Below are positions 51,284 to 56,656 of a stretch of 56,656 bases of DNA, piece after piece. The notes below the pieces were generated by a model. That model did not search any database. It saw nothing but the letters and a program-made list of their open reading frames with translations, and was not told the origin of the DNA. Positions within the stretch are counted from its first letter, which is position 1; each line of letters begins with the position of its first letter. Both the position numbers and the translations under genes were made by a program. Source of the DNA: Catajapyx aquilonaris. Its lineage: Eukaryota. Where the stretch lies: assembly GCA_000934665.2 (NCBI GenBank), contig KZ538551.1:186001-242656 (forward strand). Direction: 5' to 3'.

Positions 51284-51920
51284 TCAAACTCTCTTCCTGT
51301 CGGTGAGGACCCGCATGATGCTTCCGACCCCACCGACGGCGTACGCCTTTTCGTGCCAGACCAGGAGGTGCCCGCTGCTTCCCTCGGAGGGGAACTCGAA
51401 CCCTCGATAGATGTACTTCATCAGCACATCAACCAGGTCGTGCTCCAGGGCCGCAACCGCCTCTTCTATTTGGGGAGTCTTGATCGACATCATCACTCGC
51501 AGGGCCAGGTTCAGCGCAGAGTCCTATGATAGGAGTTTGTAATCAGTAATTACACTTAAATAATTTCAATCAGAAGCTTCACTTTCGATGACAGGACCCA
51601 CCTTGACCTGCTGGTTTCTGGACCCCAGTGGTGCGTTGCGCAAAAGCATTTTGAGCGCCTCTGCGTTCTTACCCGTGGCTGCGAGTCAAGGAACTAATAA
51701 TTATTCAGACAACATGTAAACCATGAAGTGGGCCTGGCCCACTTGTAGCACAAACTACAGTAGGAAAAAAAGGATATTGAGCGAGCATGTCGGCCACTTC
51801 GGCCTCGTTGGGTGCGATGGGCGAGGTGGGCTCCCCCTGGTCCTCTTCCATGTAGTTGTCCTCATTGTACTGGTCCACGTCGATCTTCCTGAACGCCGAG
51901 CTGGAGGTGTTCTTGGCCAT
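51284..51920 (-). CDS. ARPC5: Actin-related protein 2/3 complex subunit 5 (p16-Arc)
   Basis: Exons 51920-51778, 51674-51602 and 51523-51284. [18 protein letters not shown] ... [11 protein letters not shown] ... LLVWHEKA ... [15 protein letters not shown]. Confidence 0.96.
51675..51777 (-). other. U12-type (minor spliceosome) AT-AC intron in ARPC5
   Basis: 5' end ATATCCTTT, branch site TTCCTTGAC (51693-51685), 3' end CAC. Splicing gives in-frame CA|G (Gln). Confidence 0.93.
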
Positions 51921-52389
51921 GGCTGGAGGGCACACGCACCCAGGGGGGAATAATTGCGGATGGAAATAATAATAATAAATAATCAAAGGGAAAAGGAACT
52001 TGTTCTAATCAGAGCTCGACCGGCAGTGTTGGAATGTAGATTGTGCACTCAGCGGAATGACGTCATGGGCGGATCAGGGCAGCCATGTTTGATTTCCCTT
52101 GCCTGTGGTCGCTGGTGCTGCTGTCTGGCGGCGGGAATAAGGAAATATCCTTCGGCGCGGCTGGAATCAAACGAGTTTTTGCTGCAAACTTTCTGCTTGT
52201 GGCACTGCATTTCATACAGGCGTGTAAATTTCTGAGAACACATTCCACATGAAAGCGGTTTTAATTACAAGTGAACAGAATTTATGTGGATTTTCAAACG
52301 AAAGGGATTAGCAAATTTCCGAGAGCAAAATTCACATTCATGTGTTTTCATGCGATGCAGCGATGGTGAATTGAATTGATATGCTGATT

Positions 52390-52500
52390 CATGACACCCT
52401 TCTGTGAAAAGTGCTTACTGCAATGCCTGTACAAGTGTATGGCTTCTCTCCAGTGTGAGTTCTCTAATGCCGGGTCAACCAGGATGGATGTAAAGCCTTG
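52390..52500 (-). pseudogene. Degenerate C2H2 zinc-finger remnant
   Basis: Minus strand reads ...LTRH*RTHTGEKPYTC..., a canonical TGEKPY linker with an in-frame stop and a frameshifted downstream finger. Confidence 0.7.
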
Positions 52501-52630
52501 TGAGGTCAAAATTTGCACTGATACCAGCCGTCATCAGTGACAGGCGATCCATTCGTCACATTGTTCCTTTTTCCACCAGCCACAGCTTCATTTGTCACTG
52601 GTTTCCTCTGATGACTGAAGGCCCTCCTTA

Positions 52631-53640
52631 TCACTCTTTGAAATGTTCAGCTGCTTCAGTAGGAGCCAACGGTATTTCACTCTGGATGTCCAATTCCCTG
52701 ATTCCATGCCTAGATTTGAAACGCATAAGCCAGCCGGTAGTTGCTTTAAAATTAGCGTTACCCCCTAGCTTCTTGTTAATTTCAAGAGCTTTTTCACAAA
52801 TCACAGGGCCACTTATTGGTTGTCCTTGGCTACGTGCCTGCATGAACCACGTGTAAACTGCAGTGTCTAAATCCTTGTTCTTCGCCATTTTCATCGTTTT
52901 TCTGTGCAAGTTTCCATTTTCACTGTTAAGTACACTCGCAAATTTTGTAATGTCATCACTGTTCTTTTTAATGTCCGATATTGTTGCATTTCCAACTCCA
53001 TATTCCCGAGCTAAGCTTGTTCCACTAGCACCATTCTTCAACTGGTCTATTATTTTAAGTTTATCGGAAACATTGAGAACAACTCGTTTACGTTTAGTTG
53101 CCTTTGCGAACGGAGCAACAACTACAGCACGATCTGTCACAAGCGAAGGCTCACACGCCACTGATGCTGCAAGGTTGGTCACGTAGGCCGGTTGGCAGGG
53201 ACGGGGAAAGCGCTGCAGCCCCACAGCATTAGCGGCTGCTAGCGGAACTACATGGCCCGCAAATTTCCATCGACCGCTTTTGGTTAACCGATGTTTTGGT
53301 TGATCAGTATTCGGATAATCGATGCTCTACAATAATAAACAGATCAATGCAATATCAAACTAGTGCAGTCATCAGCTGTACAAGTAATGAATAGAATGAA
53401 TAGATCATATTGGATATAATTATTTTGAGAAAGCAGCAATATAACCCTGACAATTTAATGAGTTCGTTAATTCACTCACGTCTTTTTCCACAGCTACTTG
53501 TCCTTCACTTATTAGGTCTTCAAGTTGAAATTCATTTTCACTAGTTGCTTTAGGGGCCAATGGCTCCAGCAGTGGGTCTTCTTCTAATCGTAACTCTTCC
53601 TGCACAAGATGTGTACTTGAAGATTTACTTGCCGTGTTAT
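52631..53640 (-). CDS. Spliced module: acidic linker exon (53640-53480) plus Tigger/pogo-derived CENP-B HTH exon (53326-52631)
   Basis: KRKRVVLNVSDKLKII ... LAREYGVGNATISDIKK (HTH_psq/CENP-B_N-like) and LDTAVYTWFMQARSQGQPISGPVICEKA ... FKATTGWLMRFKSRHGI (HTH_Tnp_Tc5/CENP-B). No DDE domain. Acceptors TTTCAG (53641) and TTGTAG (53327) and donor GTGAGT (53479) keep the frame. Confidence 0.8.
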
Positions 53641-55079
53641 CTGAAACAAATAAGGTCATCAATAGCCAGAATAATTGTGGTCATTGTGAATGACCTAAAA
53701 GTGAAGTGTAATATGAGCAAAAAAAATTCCGAAGCAAGTTAAACAGCATTATGACAATTCTGCGATATCCTATCCATCATACATCTTCACACATGCAACT
53801 ATTGGCAATAATTTATGACGGAGTAGCTCACAAAAAGTTTTCTGCAATATTGAACCAACTGTCAACATGTTTTTATCTGCACTTATTCAAGTCAAAGTGT
53901 TCTCCTCCAGCACTGCAGCTGGTTCTACTGGAGAGTTATCTTCATTAGGTTCCGAATCCCTTAATGTTCGGGATAATCGATAGTGTAAGGTCGGATCTTG
54001 CTCACACTGGAATATTATGGAGATTAGGCATCAAATAAAGAGTAGCTGGTCTTGTCCCACATTACGTACCAAATAGAAGGTCAATTCACTTGTCGGTTTA
54101 TTTGAAGCAAGTGTACATTACCAAATTGCACTAATTACAAACATTGTTCAGAACATTCGAAACATCCCTATAGGCGATTGCATGTATTTAAAAAAAAAAA
54201 AACAACTTGTTATGGCTGCCATGTCGATGGCCATGTTGGATAGGCCAGTAGATAAATAACATGTCCTTGAATCCATTCGGGTCATGTAAGTACTATTAAT
54301 ATCAAGGATATGCCGACAACGATGAAAACCAAAATGACAAATTGATGATTTATCAAGTACATATTTTCATACCTCAAAATGAACTGGATTACACATTTTT
54401 ATCTGATTAGTAATTATCACTAGTTCCAAATATGTCACAAAAGGCTTTAGTTACTTGTCATAATTTCCACTGCAATTTTTGGTGCGTAGGTCTATGACAC
54501 CTTATTTTTTGGGACGCCTATGTTCACTAAAACGCATGTGTTCTTTTTCATGTTATTTGCATGTTTTTTTTTTTTTTTTTNTTTTTGGGGGGGGGGGGTT
54601 CTGTTTGAAGTTTCAAATGGTCACATTTCCTTCACTCTCTGGTGGCATTAAATTCACTCACATACTCTTAACTACGAAAATGGTATGTAATGAGTAAGCA
54701 ATGTGTTTGGCACAATTTTGCATCACTAAAAATGGATCGGTTTAAGAGTTGCTATTACCATTATTCCACTTAAAAATCCTCACACAAGATTCCAGCTCCA
54801 TGTATGCCAAGGTCATACTCTCGATATGACATAACAGAGTACAGCAAAGTGTTTTAAGCATTTTTAAACAAAGAGAGAAAAATAAACACTGTATGGCAGA
54901 AATGGTGTTTTCCACAGTGTAAATTAATGTGAAAATAAACGCAGTCCTGTTTGAATTATGCAAGTTCTGAATTATTATTGTATCTGATAAAAATAAGTAC
55001 GTTACGTACAACTCTTCAACCTACACACCTCAGGGTGTCACATCTTGTAGGGCCACATTCCTTCAGATTGTTGTGCTTG

Positions 55080-56480
55080 CTAAGTTATCTCTCCACATTT
55101 TGAGCGTGAGTTACGTGAACTTTTCTGGTGCACTGTGCGCTTGTGACGCTGCACACCATAGGAGCGTGAAAATTTATCACCACACCCGTCGCATGAGTAC
55201 AATCTCAAACTCAGGTGAACAGCAGATACATGACGGTTCAATGACCCACTTGCAGCAAACTTCTGGTAGCAATATTTACATTCATGTGGTTTCTTGCCGA
55301 GGTGAACTGAATTGACGTGAACAGTCAAGTGACTCTTCTGAGAAAAGTCCCTATTGCAGTGACTGCAAGTGAACTGCTTATCGACAGTGTGAATTCTCAA
55401 ATGCCTGGTCAAGTGATTCTTTTCTCGAGACTTGTATGAGCACAATGGGCACTTAAACCAGCGACCTTTACTTCTGTATGTCTTTTTTGTATCTTTGATC
55501 CATTCTTCACCAGCCGCAGATTCATTACCTGATTGCATTTTCTCATCTTGCACATTATCTACTTTCCATTGCCCATAATTTCCTCTCCTGCTAGTCTTGC
55601 CTATTCCATTGTTTGGCTTCTCCATGCTATCATTCGCAGCATCCAAAATGCTTTCCTTCCAGTTCTCCTTTGGATGTTTAAAAAAAGCACAAAAATGTCA
55701 AAATTAATCACTAATCGCATTGCTTGAAATGCGTCCACACGAGCTACCTGTGTCTCAAAGTATTGGTCCTCTTCTTCTTCATGAACGATGGTTGTCTTAG
55801 GGAGAGACGGTCTCCCATCTGACGAGATGTCTTTCACAGCATCCAAATCACATAGTTCTTCATCCGGTGTCTCTTCCTTTACTTCAGCATGAAAACCGTC
55901 ACTCCCGATGTCATAGCCTATGGAAAATGTGACAGATACATTCACTAGGTCAAATTTCCTTCCACTCACTACCGGCAGCTTCCCCTGCGCGGCATCCAGC
56001 AGTGTTGGAATATTCCTCTCCCAAATCTCCCTCATCCTGAAAGAACAATGTGACTTTACTTGCAAAACCTACGTAAGTTATTTGTTGAAATGAAGCCTTT
56101 CCGCACTTACTTGCTTCTCGTATGCATCACGTCGTACATAATTTCCACCACACGCAGCTGCCAATGTGTCCAGTGGTTGGGAGTCTTCTGATTCCAATAA
56201 TTCTTCCTTCACGATGAGAGTACTTGATGACTCGCACGCCGCTTCACCTGAAAGTAATGGCAGTTGCATTATGATGATGATGATGATGATGATGATGATT
56301 ATCCAACCAACCTCCCACTTCTCCTCCCGACGTGTCGATAGCATCAATCTTCATCTCAATTCTCTTCATATTTGATTCAACCTTCCCCATCCTTCCCTCC
56401 AGTCTCTCCAACACTTCTCTGCAGCCGACCACCTCTTCCATCACCCTCCTCATCATCTGCTCCAGACCTCTTGCCTCCAT
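55080..56480 (-). CDS. C2H2 zinc-finger protein with N-terminal coiled-coil-like segment
   Basis: Exons 56480-56312, 56247-56111, 56036-55970, 55917-55748 and 55667-55080, phases consistent. The last exon has four C2H2 fingers (CPLC, CSHC, CKYC, CDGC). YY1-like AACATGGCCGC (-) near 56570-56580 suggests the TSS. Confidence 0.85.
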
Positions 56481-56656
56481 CGCTTTCCAGAACTCAACAG
56501 CAAAAGTGAACAAACCGAGTTAAATCGAAGCACAGACCTTTTCAAGAAGAAGAAATTCATTCCGAAGAGGCGGCCATGTTGGATCACTCGTGGGTGCGTT
56601 CAGATAGTGGCACATTTGGCCACTAGAGGCGCTGCTGGAGCACCATGGGCCACTAT

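Noticed and set aside
52631..53224. Autonomous Tigger transposon
   Set aside because: The ORF stops before the DDE domain and no matching right-hand inverted repeat was found.

Overview
Eukaryotic, intron-containing invertebrate DNA (probably arthropod; the taxon cannot be fixed from sequence alone). Seven protein-coding loci were reconstructed exon by exon: 1-Cys peroxiredoxin Prdx6 (-), PP2A activator PTPA (+), an IER2/IER5-family immediate-early gene (-), POFUT1 (-), carnitine acetyltransferase CRAT (+), ARPC5 (-) and a C2H2 zinc-finger locus (-). A ~31 kb MITE-rich gene desert lies between PTPA and IER. Highlights: (1) Prdx6 has three tandem paralogous 83-nt first coding exons, each with its own TATA-like box, spliced to one shared gene body; (2) the desert and IER promoter carry ten perfect CRE palindromes plus AP-1 and CArG sites; (3) PTPA-IER-CRAT with PRDX6 and ARPC5 mirrors the human 9q34/1q25 gene neighbourhood; (4) the zinc-finger locus appears to have an alternative 3' module in which a Tigger/pogo CENP-B DNA-binding domain was exonised and replaced a decayed zinc-finger exon; (5) ARPC5 has an AT-AC U12 intron; (6) there are three perfect hairpins with 1-nt loops. 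Gene models rest on manual reading of frames and splice sites, with no transcript data.
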